From: Tubiluchus corallicola
Taxonomy: Eukaryota > Animalia > Priapulida
NCBI GenBank assembly: GCA_030141605.1
Contig: JAQGDQ010001640.1
Coordinates: 1 to 31,291 of the forward strand
DNA: 31,291 bases
Direction: 5' to 3'
A model generated the notes under the pieces. It was not told the origin of the DNA and made no database searches. It was given only the letters and a program-made list of their open reading frames with translations. Of this stretch, positions 1-12,736 are shown piece by piece (the first letter of the stretch is position 1; each line of letters begins with the position of its first letter). The position numbers were made by a program, and so were the translations under genes.

Positions 1-645
1 TAAGTTCTTTTTCAAACGATGAGCTTGACCCCAATAATATCCTACCAACATATGACAGTCCATACTTTAAGCTTGATACGCTTTGTAGCAATACAGAACT
101 GAAATCAATAAATGCTGATTTCAGTTTTGTGCATTTTAATACTAGCAGCCTCCATAGGCACTTTACCAATATGTATGATGTTATTAAACATTTCCAACAA
201 AAACCACAGATCATAGCAATCTCTGAAACAAGGATTACTCCGAATACCACATTTTTATGTAATATACCTGGTTATACTTTTATACATCATGACTCAAACA
301 CACATGCTGGGGGGATTGGCCTATTATAAGCAATCTGTTGAACTTCTCGGAAAATACAGAATTAAAAATAAATTCCAACACAAATATGCAAGTCGAAAAT
401 CTTTGGATTAACATCGAAACCAAATCTAAAACAAAAAACATTATTTTTGCTGTTATATATAGGCACCCCAACACTGATGTATTGCCCTTTCATATAGAGA
501 GGAGCGTAAACAGGCATACATTAACAGATCAGCCGTGAAATGTTACATATGTGGAGATATAAATATTAACTTGCTGCAGCACGAAGACATTGCTGACTAT
601 ATCTCCATGTTATTTTCTAACTATTTTGTACCAGTAATTACAATA
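1..645 (+). mobile_element. Decayed LINE (CR1/L2/Crack-like) ORF2 N-terminus: APE endonuclease fragment
   Basis: Frameshifted ORFs carry APE motifs HFNTSSL, IIAISETRI, GYTF..HAGGIGL, IFAVIYRHPN, ICGDININLL. Truncated after PVIT. Confidence 0.85.
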
Positions 646-1690
646 TTAGGAATTGCTAGAAAGTTCTTGGCTACAATCAAAAACTACTTGTTGAGTCGAT
701 CATTCTGTATCAGTGTAGGTTAATTCTGTTCTCAAAAGTATAACAGTAATATTGGCCTCCCACAAGGCTCTGTCCTTTCACCTCTGTTATTCATAATTTT
801 CATCTCAGAAATGCTAAATGATGCAAGAACCAATAAAATGGCAGACGTCTTCAAATCCGCAGACGATGACACATTTTACGCATCTAAAACAAACTCTGAT
901 GAGTGTCGTAATACTGCGCAAATTTGTTGTAATAAGTTACATCTATGGTGTAAAAAATGGCGGCTGAAAGTCAACTGTAATAGGAATAAAACGGAAGTTA
1001 TGGTCATGGGGTCTACGCAAAATATAGTAAATAATAATTTGCCTAAATTAAAAATAGGTGATAATGAAATTGAATATGTTCAAAATAGCACAGTACTGGG
1101 TATCACTATTGATAGTAATCTGAAATTTGATTGCTATACCAATAGAGTTAGGAAAAATGCCTGGCACAAATGGACACAAATTAAACAACTGTGTTTTAAA
1201 TACAGAGGAATGAGAATGGCAACTATTACACAACTGTTTAAAACATTTGTACTACCTGTTATACTATACAGTGCCAGTGTTCGGTTAGCTAAAAACATTC
1301 ATTATTTGATGACTTGTATTATGTTCTCAGAACTGCAATGGGTTCATTCTTTAAACCTTGCAGGGTATTGTTAGAAATTTTATGTGGTGTGCCTACTTTA
1401 GAAATCGAAATGAAAGCTCATAATGTAAGATTCCTAAGTAAAATATTGCAGAATGGTGATGATGATCTAGTTAAGAAAGAACTTTTGTATATATTTAATA
1501 CTAACTTTTATCTGTCATATAACCACTTTGTAAAATATTATGCTAGAGATTTAAGGCAATTTTTAGCTACTACTAGAGATGCAGGGCAAATTAACAACGA
1601 AGAACTTTCTATGGTTAATTGGTCTGTTACAAAATCTGATCTGGATAAATTCAAGCAAACCAATTTGTCCATGGGGTCTGAAACTATTGG
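646..1690 (+). mobile_element. Non-LTR retrotransposon RT C-terminal half (I/Nimb/Jockey-like), decayed
   Basis: GLPQGSVLSPLLFIIF (752-800), ADD, WCKKWRLKVN..KTEVM, LGITIDSNLKF, LPVILYSA, RTAMGS...LEILCGVPTL. Has a stop and a frameshift. Confidence 0.85.
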
Positions 1691-2259
1691 ACAACTGAGT
1701 GGACAGATGTTTTTGGTGGTGGCGATTTCCACAAAGTTTGGTGACAATTAAGACTTTGTCTCATTGCTGTGTTCGTATTGTTGGGAAATGCTATTGGTGC
1801 ACCGACAAACCGTTGAGAGGCGGATCCATGTTTGAGGTGACGAGGCACCCCCAGTACGGTAACAATCCAGAGACTGTAAGTTGCACGATTTAGTATTTGC
1901 GTATCTGATGTTAGCAGTTGGTGGTGCTTCTGATCATATGGGCTGGTGGCGTGTAGTTAGGCAAATAGGTATTTGACCCAGTTTTAGTTAGGTTTAGCTG
2001 TTGTGCATTATTTCCGAATTTATTTGTTAGTTTATCGACCTGATACTGTAATTTAAGTAGATATTGTAATATTTAGCTCATTCAAACGTAGTTAAATTAG
2101 TGTTTGACTAATGGTAGTGTTTTTTACATACATTTTTGTTTGTTTGCTTAATAATTATTTATACAATATTTATGCAATTAATTGTTTGTTGATTAGTTGG
2201 CTACGCATCGTCGTTTGCATTATCACAGTGAGTACAACAGATTACTCCAAGCAAGAAGA

Positions 2260-3814
2260 GACACACGTGACTCATACCAAAAACGCTGTAAATTTTGTGG
2301 AAAACGACATGTTTTTGGTCGTGATAGTTGCCCTGCATATGGTAAGCAGTGTGCTAAGTGTAAGCAATGGAATCACTTCCAAGTCAAATGTGATTCTCTT
2401 AGAAAATCTGCATCATATAGTAGAAAAAGAAATGTGCGCACCCTTAATCAGCAGTTTTGTGATCTACAGTAACTCAGATACTGATACTGAAAATTCGGAA
2501 AACTACTGGAGTGTGCAAGCGCTTCATTCTTCAAGTGTGAAACCTGGAAATAAAATTTATTTTTGCTATGATGCTGGTGAGTAAGAAACCTATTCGTTTT
2601 CTGATTGACAGTGGTGCAACATGCAATGTGATACCAGCCAGTTTTCTGCCTTCCAATCAGTTGATTGATCATAGTGAGAAAAAATTGCTTTACACGTATG
2701 ATGGAGGAACAACTGAACCAGTGGGTAGTTGTGTTGTTAGAATGATAAATCCTAAAAATGGTGGAAAGTACTTGTGTTGTTAAAATGATAAATCCTAAAA
2801 ATGGTGTAAAGTATAAAGTGTAAGGTAAACTTCCTGGAAAACTGCACCTAGAAGTAGATTCTAATGTACCCTCTGTAGTACATCCACCTAGACGTGTACC
2901 TGTTGCTTTGAAGGATGACTTAAAGAGGGAACTAGATAAACTTGAATCTCAAGAAATTCTTTCTAAAGTCACGACTTCTACAGATTTCGTATCTAGCCTC
3001 CTTGTTCTACGAAAATCAAACAACCAGCTGAGAGTCTGTACAGATCCTCAGGATCTAAATAAAGCTTTGAGGCGAAACCACTATCCTTTAAAGACTATTG
3101 AAGATGTCTTGCCAGATTTGAGTAACCCCAAGGTCTTCAGTATTTTTGATGCCAAGAATGGATTTTGGCAGTGGAACTAGATGAATCTAGTTCTTTCAAA
3201 CCACTTTCAATACACCTTTTGGACATTATCGTTGGTGACGTATGCCTTTTGGCATATCGGTTGCTCCTGAAGAGTACCAACGCAGACAAGATGAGGCTCT
3301 AGAAGGTTTAAAGAATGTTATGAGTGTAGCTGACGATGTGCCAGTTATTGGCAACGGAGCGACACTAGAACTTGCAAATAAGGACCATGATGAAAATGTC
3401 CGAGCTTTTATGCAACATTGCAGAGAGAAAAATTTGGTCTTAAACAAAGAGAAAATTAAGCTGCGACAGAGTAAAGTACAGTTTATTGGTCATGTATTAA
3501 CAAGTGAAAGTCTGATGCCTGATCCAGACAAAGTTAAGGCTATTGTAGAAATGCCTGCCCCACAAGAGGTGTCTGGTGTACGGAGACTTCTGGGATTAGT
3601 TAATTGTCGATCTAAATTTGTTCCTAACTTAAGTGACATGTGCAAGCCACTTAGAGAACTTACTGAGAAAAATGTACTGTGGCACTGGGATGAAACCCAG
3701 GGGAAAGTTTTCCGAACTATAAAATCAGCTATCTCCCAGGAACCTGTACTGCATTACTATGATCCTAAAGAAGAAGTCACCTTACAATGCGATTCTTCTG
3801 AGAAAGGTCTTGGA
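2260..3814 (+). mobile_element. Gypsy (Mag-type) LTR retrotransposon internal fragment: gag zinc knuckles, protease, RT, start of RNase H
   Basis: Double CCHC knuckle CKFCGKRH...CPAYGKQCAKCKQWNHFQVKC, protease FLIDSGATCN, RT LRVCTDPQDLNKAL / DAKNGFWQ / MPFGISVAPE / VADD, RNase H start LQCDSSEKGLG. Several frameshifts and stops. Confidence 0.92.
2729..2813 (+). repeat. 43-bp tandem duplication disrupting the Gypsy protease
   Basis: ttgtgttgtta(g/a)aatgataaatcctaaaaatggtg(g/t)aaagta occurs at 2729 and 2772. Confidence 0.85.
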
Positions 3815-4400
3815 ACTTCAGACTCGAAGCAAATGGAACAAGGAGCAGAAGAATGTTGAAATAGGAGACATGGTATTAGTTCTGGATGAGACACCAAGGG
3901 ATCACTGGATGCTAAGACGGATCATTGAAGCACGGAAAAGCTGTGATGGACTAGTGAGAATTGTGACATTAAAGACTAGAGAAGGGACTCCAAAACGACC
4001 AATTCATAAAATAAGTTTAATCGAATGTAATAATTAGTTGATTTTGTTAAGTATTCATAAGCTGTATGTTTAAGTTAAATTCTGAAGTAGATGTATGTCA
4101 ATTTAGTCAGTCATGATATGTTATTACACTGTTGGTTTCCTTTAATTTTGCAAATGCTGCAGGAAAGCATTTAAGGACGCGGTGTTTTGGATATAAGCAC
4201 GTGGTGCCTCCTGGTGTTTGTTTTTCCTAGTTTAGACAGGTGAGCTGGTACAGGAAATAGGCCATTGGCCTCATTTCACAGTTAGGATATGAAAGTAGTG
4301 AGTCACCGGTATGCGGCAAAGATGTAAGTTTCATTTCTTTACATTTCGTCATGTCATGTTATTGTTAATTATCATTATACCAGTTACTTAATGTTGTGAC
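3815..4400 (+). mobile_element. BEL/Pao LTR retrotransposon 3' end (DUF5641-like C-terminus, PPT-like tract, start of LTR)
   Basis: LQTRSKW...IGDMVLV..E.PR.HW...RII...DGLVRIV..KT...RPIHKI (stop at 4037). PPT-like aaggacgcgg is followed by TGT at 4183. The LTR end is uncertain. Confidence 0.8.
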
Positions 4401-6557
4401 GTTGGTTTAGCAGAAAGAATTTTTAATTTTATTTCAGTCGTTTATTAATTTTTAAATCAATGACAACATTTGCAAAGACTTGCGTTCACTCCAATCAATA
4501 GGAAATTTTTTCTTTAAAATATCTTTAAAATCTTGTCTGCCTCCTCACAGTGGTGATGTACTAAATCATCTTTATTTTGCTATTTACAGCAAAAGGAGTG
4601 CAGGTCCTTATTCTCGGAGAAGCTGCGGGAAATGCTGAAGCTCAAATATTCCCAAACAATGTCACCGTTTTCACGTACATATTCTCGTCATCAGAGATGG
4701 CATATATCAATGCCGTGTGCCAGGAGAGATGTACATTGATAGCAAGAATACGGTTAGACGAGTAAGTATCATCCAACAAATATGTAGAAATTGTGCAACT
4801 ATTATTAGGTTATTAATAATTATTAGGAGCAGGCATTATTACAGTAAAATATTAACAACATCATAAACACTTCTTGTTAGTTATATTGCTGAAATGGATA
4901 AAAATCTTGTAGACGAAGTGTTTATTGATTTTGTTTCTGTTGACCAGGAAAAACTCTTTGATATTTTGAAATGATATAACGATGGCTTCCTATTGAAACC
5001 TGCTGGCCAAAATGAGATTTTTCATGCAAAATGCGAAACGTAGCCCTTGGCATGTCCTGATAAAACCTGGCACTGTCTTCTCTACATTCTACGGGCTGAA
5101 ATACAACAATAGAATAACCAGCTAAATCCAAGCACCAAAATTGTTTTGTAGTGAGTACTGCTATATCCCTTTTGAAGCAAAGTGGGTACAGACATTCTTA
5201 AAATGATGACCCAATGAAACCTGCCATGTTGCAAAGCAGCTATGTGATTGGTTAATAAAATGGACTGATGAGAGCTGCTACGTAGATAACAATGCATCCT
5301 GCATATCAGACAGCTGCTGACCTTCAACAAGGTTACAAGGTAAGAGAGTTGCTACAGTATTTGTAATGTTCAAATTATTAAACCTTATTCAATAAGTTCT
5401 GTTCTACTGAAGTGTCTACAAATTAGAATAGAAACTTGACATTCATTCAAGACAACTGAAAAAGAAACATACAATTGTTTGTTCATCACTCAAACTAACA
5501 ATGCATGTTATGGTGCATCAGCAGTAGTGAAGTGAATGTAATTAGGCCTGTGTCTGTGTGTGTGAGGTGTGTGTTGTTAATTTTGATAGTAAATGGCTTG
5601 CTTGGCTTGCATTGCTGTATGTGTTCTTTCATTTCATCATCTCCTCACCCCTGTCACTTAAATGGTTTGTGCTTACCCGTTGGAATGCTTCCTTTGCTTA
5701 TGTAGAAAAAGCAATACCTGTTCTGGACAGTTGAGTTGATACTTTTCACTGGTATAGGCGTTCGTTGTTGGTCTGACCAGTGGGCATGTTCCAGCATACC
5801 TGTAGTTGATGTATTTGTCTGGAAAGGCTGGTACACGATCTGTGGTGTAACTTCTTTACCATGGAGAGCTGAGCTAAGTGTTGTTTTGGCCAAAAGGACA
5901 GTGTTCCTGTTGTATAGCCTGTCTTTCTCAGTCTCGTTGCTGTTGCATGGTTTGAAGAGCTGGTCAAGCCACAGAAGTGTGATGTTATTCCATTCCCGTC
6001 AGCTGTTGGTACGTTCGTGTTGTAGATTACAAGAGGGTTGCTGGAAGCTGTTGATTAGCTGTCGTCATCTGCATTGTTATGGCTCATGGAGGATCGTCAT
6101 GTTGCCGGCGTCAACGTTGTCATTGAGGGAGGATCGTCAAGTTGTGCACAACATCGTCATGAACATTCAGATAAGTTATGCGCATTCATTTTCTTATCCT
6201 CATCTTTCCTTGGGGGTTTTTACAGCAAGCCACTAATAGTAATTTTTGAGCTCTTATTGTTGACTTGTTGTTGTACTCTTCTTTTGTAATAATTATAGCT
6301 TTAAAATTTGTTTCATCTTGTTTTGTTTTTAACTAAACAACCTTAAAAAACAGCAGACGAACCCGTGAAAATACATGTAGTATATTTTCCTGATCATTAT
6401 ATAAAAATTAAAAATGCAATAGCCTCAAAACGTTACAATAGTGGCAGTAGTTATTTTGTTTTTAAGCAAATAAGCCTCGGCACGTTACAGTGTGTTTATC
6501 AAGTACAAAGTAGAGATTGTTATTATTAAATACTCTTTACAGTTTTATAGATAAGCC

Positions 6558-8097
6558 ATGAATCAATTCAGTAGAGACAAAATGCTCATAGAGCTCAGCA
6601 GAAAACAGAATCTAGTGGCTGAAAAGACTTCAGAAGTGAAAAATAGTAACAGTATTCATAGTCCATTGGATGCAACAGATGCACAGCCAATAGAAGTCAC
6701 CACATAGAGAGCTTATTTGAAGAGTCATGAAGAAGAGTTGACAGACGTAGTTGAGGATATGGCCGTGGACACCTCTCTTGATGAGGACTTGTTTAGTCAG
6801 TCAGCAACAGCTGAAATTCTGCAAAAAGTGGATTATTTAGATAATGATGCATTTGACTGTGGTGGGTCTTCCAACAGTGACCCCAGATACATACCAGAAC
6901 CCGAAACCGAATCCGACTCTGGTGGGTCTTCCAACAGTGACCCCACATACATACCAGAACCCGAAACCGAATCCGATGAAGAAGGGGCAAATAAAGTGCA
7001 AACAGGAAATAATCAGGCAGGGAAGAATCACTTTGCGGAAACAAAAGGAGCTGGAATCTCACAAAAAAAGATCTAAAAAGGCAAATCCAGAAAAATGGAA
7101 ACAAAATGTTAATAAATCTCAGAGAGAAAAGCGAAAATCATATATCCGCCTGAAAAACATAAATGGTGAACCACGTAAAGTGAAAAAAGCTGAACGGAAA
7201 ATTAAGCCACGGGGTAGTTGTCAAAACACCAAGACCAAGGTTGTGTGGGGATTTCAGTGAAGAGGATAGGAGAAAAAATTTCACAACATCTGGGAAAACT
7301 TAACGTGGGGTGAACGGAAAATTTTCGTTAAAACAGTTGAGGCAGTACCAACAAAACAAAGCCGAGCAGCAGGTGAAAATCCTGAAGAAGCTTAGCAATT
7401 CGATACTTAAAAAGGATGGGGAACACACACCCGTGTGCAGAATGATGTTTCTTTCCACTACAGGACTTGGTAGGTGGTCAGTCCAAAATTGGGCAGAGTG
7501 CAGTGACTCCAAGAAATGCTGGAGTACATTCAAAGTATTATGATAGAGCCAACGAAGGGAGGGAATTCACGAGAACAGAATTTTTGGACAAGCTTCCCAA
7601 AATGCCTTCTCACTATTGTCGTGCTTCTTACAACGAAAACTTATTTAGAAGCAGTAATATCAACCATGACTAACCTGTACAAACTTTACAAAGAGAAATG
7701 TGAAGAATGAAATATAACATCATTATCACGACAAGTTCTTATTGATGAGTTTCTAAAGAAGAACATGGCATTATTCCAACCTGGAAAAGATCAGTGTGAC
7801 GTATGCGTTGGTCATGAGGCAGGAAATATAACAGAAGAAGAATGGCAGGAACACAGGAAAAAGAAGGATGAGGCAAGAGATGAAAAGGAAGCTGACAAGG
7901 AAAAAGCCATTAAAAGCCTTCAGCCTCATTATAAAGGGGAAAAAGTTTTAGTAACTTGCATGGATATGCAGGCTGTTTTACTCTCATCTTCCCTACCAGC
8001 TTCTGCTTTGTATTACAAACAAAAGCTATGTCTGCACAATTTCACTATTTACAATATGGCCTCTCATGAAACTGTTTGCTATGTTTGGCATGAATGA
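6558..8097 (+). mobile_element. Sola-superfamily DNA transposase fragment (Sola1-like), frameshifted and truncated within the DDD core
   Basis: VCRMMFLSTTGL, LPKMPSHYCRA, LYKLYKEKC, PGKDQCDVC, DMQAVLL...YYKQKLCLHNFTIYN...CYVWHE. Subgroup assigned from recalled motifs. Confidence 0.75.
6855..6976 (+). repeat. 60-bp in-frame tandem duplication (GGSSNSDPxYIPEPETESD x2)
   Basis: Two near-identical units 60 bp apart. Confidence 0.9.
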
Positions 8098-8240
8098 AAA
8101 ATGTCATTTATTTCAACGTATAACAAATCTTCCCTTTTTTATTGTCACTTTTTTCCTGTGATTTTTTCCAAGCCCGCAAATTTTTTCCCTAACTTTTTTC
8201 TTGTGAGTTTGTTAACGGTCACCGTTTAAAATACTGTACT

Positions 8241-8490
8241 GCAGGGCTGTGATGAGGTAGTGTTAATACTGGCAGGAGAATACAGCAGACTTCTCAGGTG
8301 TGCGTGTGAACGTGGCTTTAACTAGCACATAGACGCTTATTCTGACCTTGTGTTAGTGGGAGCCACTAGTCACATGCACACCTGAGCTTATAAAAAGGGT
8401 AGGTCTGCTGTAGATCCTTGTCAGTGGTCGTCTCATCTCATCTCAGCTCTGTTCGCACTTCAGGTTTTGCTCCATTCGGTAAGCTATTTG
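8241..8490 (+). other. LTR-like segment forming a ~210-nt imperfect hairpin, with TATA box and splice donor
   Basis: TGTGATG at 8248, TATAAAA at 8389-8395, gtaagc near 8479. Nested inverted arms span 8241-8452. Confidence 0.5.
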
Positions 8491-10090
8491 GAACATTTCT
8501 TTTTTTGGTAATAAATCGTCATTTTTATTTTATTATTTTGGTTTTTGAGACATGCCGCACGGTGTAGGCCGCGGTGCCATCCGTTCTGCCTCCATTAAAA
8601 GCGGAGAGCAGTCCAATACGTTTATTGGTCCAAAGCTGCGAAATTCGTCTTAAAGCACAAGAAACCCTTTTGTTTGCACAAAGCTAATAAGTGCATTTTG
8701 AAATTGTGTACTTCATCAGTGACTACGTGATAAAAAAAGAAATGCTGTGTATAACGATTTCAGACACATCAAAAAATTGTGATGAGTACGATATTGTCTT
8801 TGTTGTTGCTGATGATGTTCAGCAAGTGTTTAATAACAAGGAAATGAACGTAATTAGTCGATTGGCGAAGATGTTTTTCAGTGGCTATGTACGCAGAAGA
8901 GTAAAAGTATAGAACAGGTGAATCCCAGCAGGAAGAAGCTAAACTTTGCAGTTTCACCGTTTAAAGGTTAGTAAAATCCAGTTACTTTGAGTTTTTTTGC
9001 AGTTCACTTAATGTATTGATTTTTACCAGTCCGCCTACGCATTTTTGCCACAATTAGCGAGCGTTCTCTGTCCAGCTTTTTTGTGTGTGTTTAATAGTCC
9101 CTGTACGAATGCTCTGATTATTTTTTTGAACTTTATGCAATGTTAACTAAACTCGTTTCAAACTTCTTGGTCAATATTAACAAAATTGTATCTACCATAA
9201 TTCTGAGGCCAGAATATATGCTTAGCGACCGAAGTTAAGCAATAAGACTGGCCGGTGGAGAATGGATCGGTGGTCCCAAACGTCATAATCTGGCCCTGTC
9301 CTTGATAAAGCTTAAAAAATTCGTTTTCAAATTTTAAATCAAATACAAATGGTTCTATTCTGCAAAGACCTTGCGTTAGTAAAACTTGTAAAATTAAGCC
9401 CAGCCATTTTACGGTAAGTCGTTTGGAAAAAATACTTTTGCGGTAACCCAATTTTCCCATTCCCCCAATTCGTGGCAGATTCATACCTAGAACATTGAAG
9501 TTAAGAGCAGTGCCATTTTGTTGAAGAGAAATGAACATGATTGGTTTAATATCGGCGTCATACGGTCATTGATGACATAACAGGATGCAAGGCAACGATG
9601 TCACCTAACAAAGGAAATAATCATATCCCATAACAACGCTCTCACAGATGTGTCTCGACCTTCAATGCGATTACACGTGTTATTATTTTGCGAGACCCAT
9701 CTATTATACACAAGTGACTTTTTACAGCTGTTTTTACCTTTCTCTAGTGGAGAGGATGCTTCAACACCACCAAAAGCTTCCCTTTACTGTGCTTCTTGCA
9801 CTCCTTTGTTTAAACTTCGCTTTATTTCGTTTCTTTGTGTAAGTAATTTTCGTCTTGTCTTGTATTGTGTTTTACTGGTGACAGATACCAGCATTATTTC
9901 ATTTCTTTTTCATTTAGATTTTCATTATAAATTAACGTGTCCGATTTTTTTGTAGGTTTCGTTCTGTTTTATGAGATGTTTTGTCACTTTTGTGTCAGTC
10001 TGCTACAGCTAAAGGCAGGCTTCCTTATGAACTGACTTCCACCACTGTGGCTTCCAGTCACGTGTCATTTGTGCTGAGTGAGTTAAGACA

Positions 10091-11267
10091 TTAGTTGAGT
10101 TGAGGACCAAGTTGAATTGTTAGGGAGTTGAGGACCCAGTTGAATTGCTAGTGAGTTGAGGACCAAGTTGAATTGTTAGTGAGTTGATGACCAAGTTGAA
10201 TTGTTAGTGAGTTGAGGACCAAGTTGAATCGTTAGTGAGTTGAGGACCAAGTTGAATTTTTAGTGAGTTGAGAACCAAGTTGAATTGTTAGTGAGTTGAG
10301 GACCAAGTTGAATTGTTAGTGAGTTGATGACCAAGTTGAATTGTTAGTGAGTTGAGGACCAAGTTGAATCGTTAGTGAGTTGAGGACCAAGTTGAATTAT
10401 TAGTGAGTTGAGGACCCAGTTAAATCGTTAGTGAGTTGAGGACCAAGTTGAATTTTTAGTGAGTTGAGGACCAAGTTGAATTGTTAGTGAGTTGAGGACC
10501 AAGTTGAATTGTTAGTGAGTTGAGGACCAAGTTGAATTGTTAGTGAGTTGAGGACCAAGTTGAATTGTTAGTGAGTTGAGGACCAAGTTGAATTGTTAGT
10601 GAGTTGAGGACCAAGTTGAATTGTTAGTGAGTTGAGGACCAAGTTGAATTGTTAGTGAGTTGAGGACCAAGTTGAATTTTTAGTGAGTTGAGGAGCAAGT
10701 TGAATTGTTAGTTGAGTTGAGGACCAAGTTGAATTGTTAGTGAGTTGAGGACCGAGTTGAATTGTTAGTGAGTTGAGGACCAAGTTGAATTGGTAGTGAG
10801 TTGAGGACCAAGTTGAATTGTTAGTGAGTTGAGGACCAAGTTGAATTGTTAGTGAGTTGAGGACCAAGTTGAATTGTTAGTGAGTTGAGGACCAAGTTGA
10901 ATTATTAGTGAGTTGACGACCAAGTTGAATTTTTAGTGAGTTGAGGACCAAGTTGAATTGTTAGTGAGTTAAGGACCAAGTTGAATTGTTAGTGAGTTGA
11001 GGACCAAGTTGAAATGTTAGTGAGATGAGGACCAAGTTGAATTGCTAGTGAGTTGAGGACCAAGTTGAATTGTTAGTGAGTTGAGGACCAAGTTGAATTG
11101 TTAGTGAGTTGAGGACCAAGTTGAATTGTTAGTGAGTTGAGGACCAAGTTGAATTGTTAGTGAGTTGAGGACCAAGGTGAATTGTTAGTGAGTTGAGGAC
11201 CAAGTTGAATTGTTAGTGAGTTGAGGACCAAGTTGGATTGTTAGTGAGTTGAGGACCAAGTTGAATT
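10091..11267. repeat. 28-bp minisatellite, ~42 copies, consensus TTAGTGAGTTGAGGACCAAGTTGAATTG
   Basis: Head-to-tail repeats with period 28 and scattered point variants. No unique spacers. Confidence 0.97.
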
Positions 11268-11752
11268 ACCGTTGTTCGTAAAAAAGCCAAAGAAATTACA
11301 AGACGATTACAAGCCTTACAACTTTTGAAATGTGCATTTTGAAATTGTGTACCTTCTTGTGAAACAAATGTAGGCAACAATGATTAAACCTTGGATAGAT
11401 TTTCACAGCAGTAGTAGCACAGACGTTTGACTGTGAATTTTATTTATTGAACTTCGGGAAGAAAATTGCCTTTTCTTCGTCTTTTAAGAATTGATATTGT
11501 CACACCAAAAAGCAAAAAAATTCTGGCTGCAGTAAACGATTTGTTCCAGTCACAACAGCTAGCATAGAGGTATTCGCACCAACCTAACACCAAACAGATA
11601 AAGTCAGTGACCAACATTTGCTCTCCGATTTTGATAAATTGGCCGATTAATAACAGGCGTCATACAATCTAATGACCCATGTGTGCAAACAAAATATTAG
11701 AACCTCTGCCAGTTCTTATTCTCTCTCTCGAAACCTATAATACTGGAGTGAT

Positions 11753-12620
11753 ATGGCGTACTCTCGCAGAAAAGTTTACATCACAGAATCAGAGATCAGA
11801 GACGCTCAAGCTAGGGCGCACAGCATATCAGCAAATATCAGAACTTTGTGTGGGATCGAACTGGGCGAGTATTTAGAATTATTAGCAGAGAAGAATACCA
11901 CAAATGCGCTGTTTATGTATGGCAACCTCCTTGGATTGACCGCCGGTTTGTTACCACATGACACATGAAAGTTTAATCATAATTAGAATCATAATTATAA
12001 TGATTGTTATCTCATAATCGTATATTGCATGATACATTAGATTACGAGTGATTGTTTACTCTAGTTACTAGTTACCTTAGTTACTCGTTGAATGTTTGGC
12101 CCATGTCTGGCTATCTGATTTACTGGCTAACTAACAAAGCAATGATTGGCTTTGCTAACATTATTGTACTTTTTTTTGTTTCAGACAAACCCAACTACTT
12201 ACTGTTTTCATTATCGCTGCTGGGCCACCATCAATGCGGGAAAACGATAGCTGAGAGTACAGTGATTACAAAGCCGCTGGCTCATATAGAGAAAACTGGA
12301 GAGGTAAACATATTGTTCAACAGTGGTACCAAAGAGGGACTACTGAAGCAAGTAGCCGAGAACGAACATCGAAACGTGCTTATTAGTAGCGACGAAGTAT
12401 GGATGTACCTTAGAGAGCAATGAGATGGTTCTGGGGAGGTGCAGTTGTTTGCTAGCGCTTGGAGCGGTGAACAGTCCGTCTCCAACTGACAACTAAAAAG
12501 AGAATATCGCTACCTCATGCAACATCTCAATAGCTGGGGCTATACAAACAGACTTGTACTGGGAACTTCTTAGTAACTTGTATGGATATGAAGGCTGTTT
12601 TGCTCTCACCTTCCCTACAA
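11753..12620 (+). pseudogene. DUF3987/YfjI-like P-loop helicase pseudogene, probably with one intron
   Basis: N-terminal YLELLAE..TNALFMYGNLLGLTAGLL, acceptor ttttgtttcag at 12184, Walker A VFIIAAGPPS-CGKT (1-nt insertion at 12234), TKEGLL, Walker B LISSDE, AWSG, ISIAGAIQT. Confidence 0.6.
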
Positions 12621-12736
12621 GCTTCTGCTGGACATGTGCAGCCTACTTCAGACATTCAAAAATTTGTAGAAGGATTCCAGAAGCAACTGACGTTCATTAG
12701 TAGCAAAGTTGTGAGGATTTATGACCTTATGCTGAG

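Noticed and set aside
2111-2584. 157-aa hydrophobic ORF
   Set aside because: Alternative frame over AT-rich DNA and the Gypsy gag knuckle.
2260-4400. A single intact LTR retrotransposon
   Set aside because: The 5' part is Gypsy and the 3' part is BEL/Pao. Integrase and most of RNase H are missing and the frames are broken.
9158-9538. 126-aa minus-strand ORF
   Set aside because: No recognisable motif or supporting signal, so it cannot be supported as a gene.
10652-10867. Repetitive 71-aa ORF
   Set aside because: Artefact of the minisatellite.
10091-11267. CRISPR array (28-bp repeats)
   Set aside because: Repeats are head-to-tail with no unique spacers, there are no cas genes, and the context is eukaryotic.
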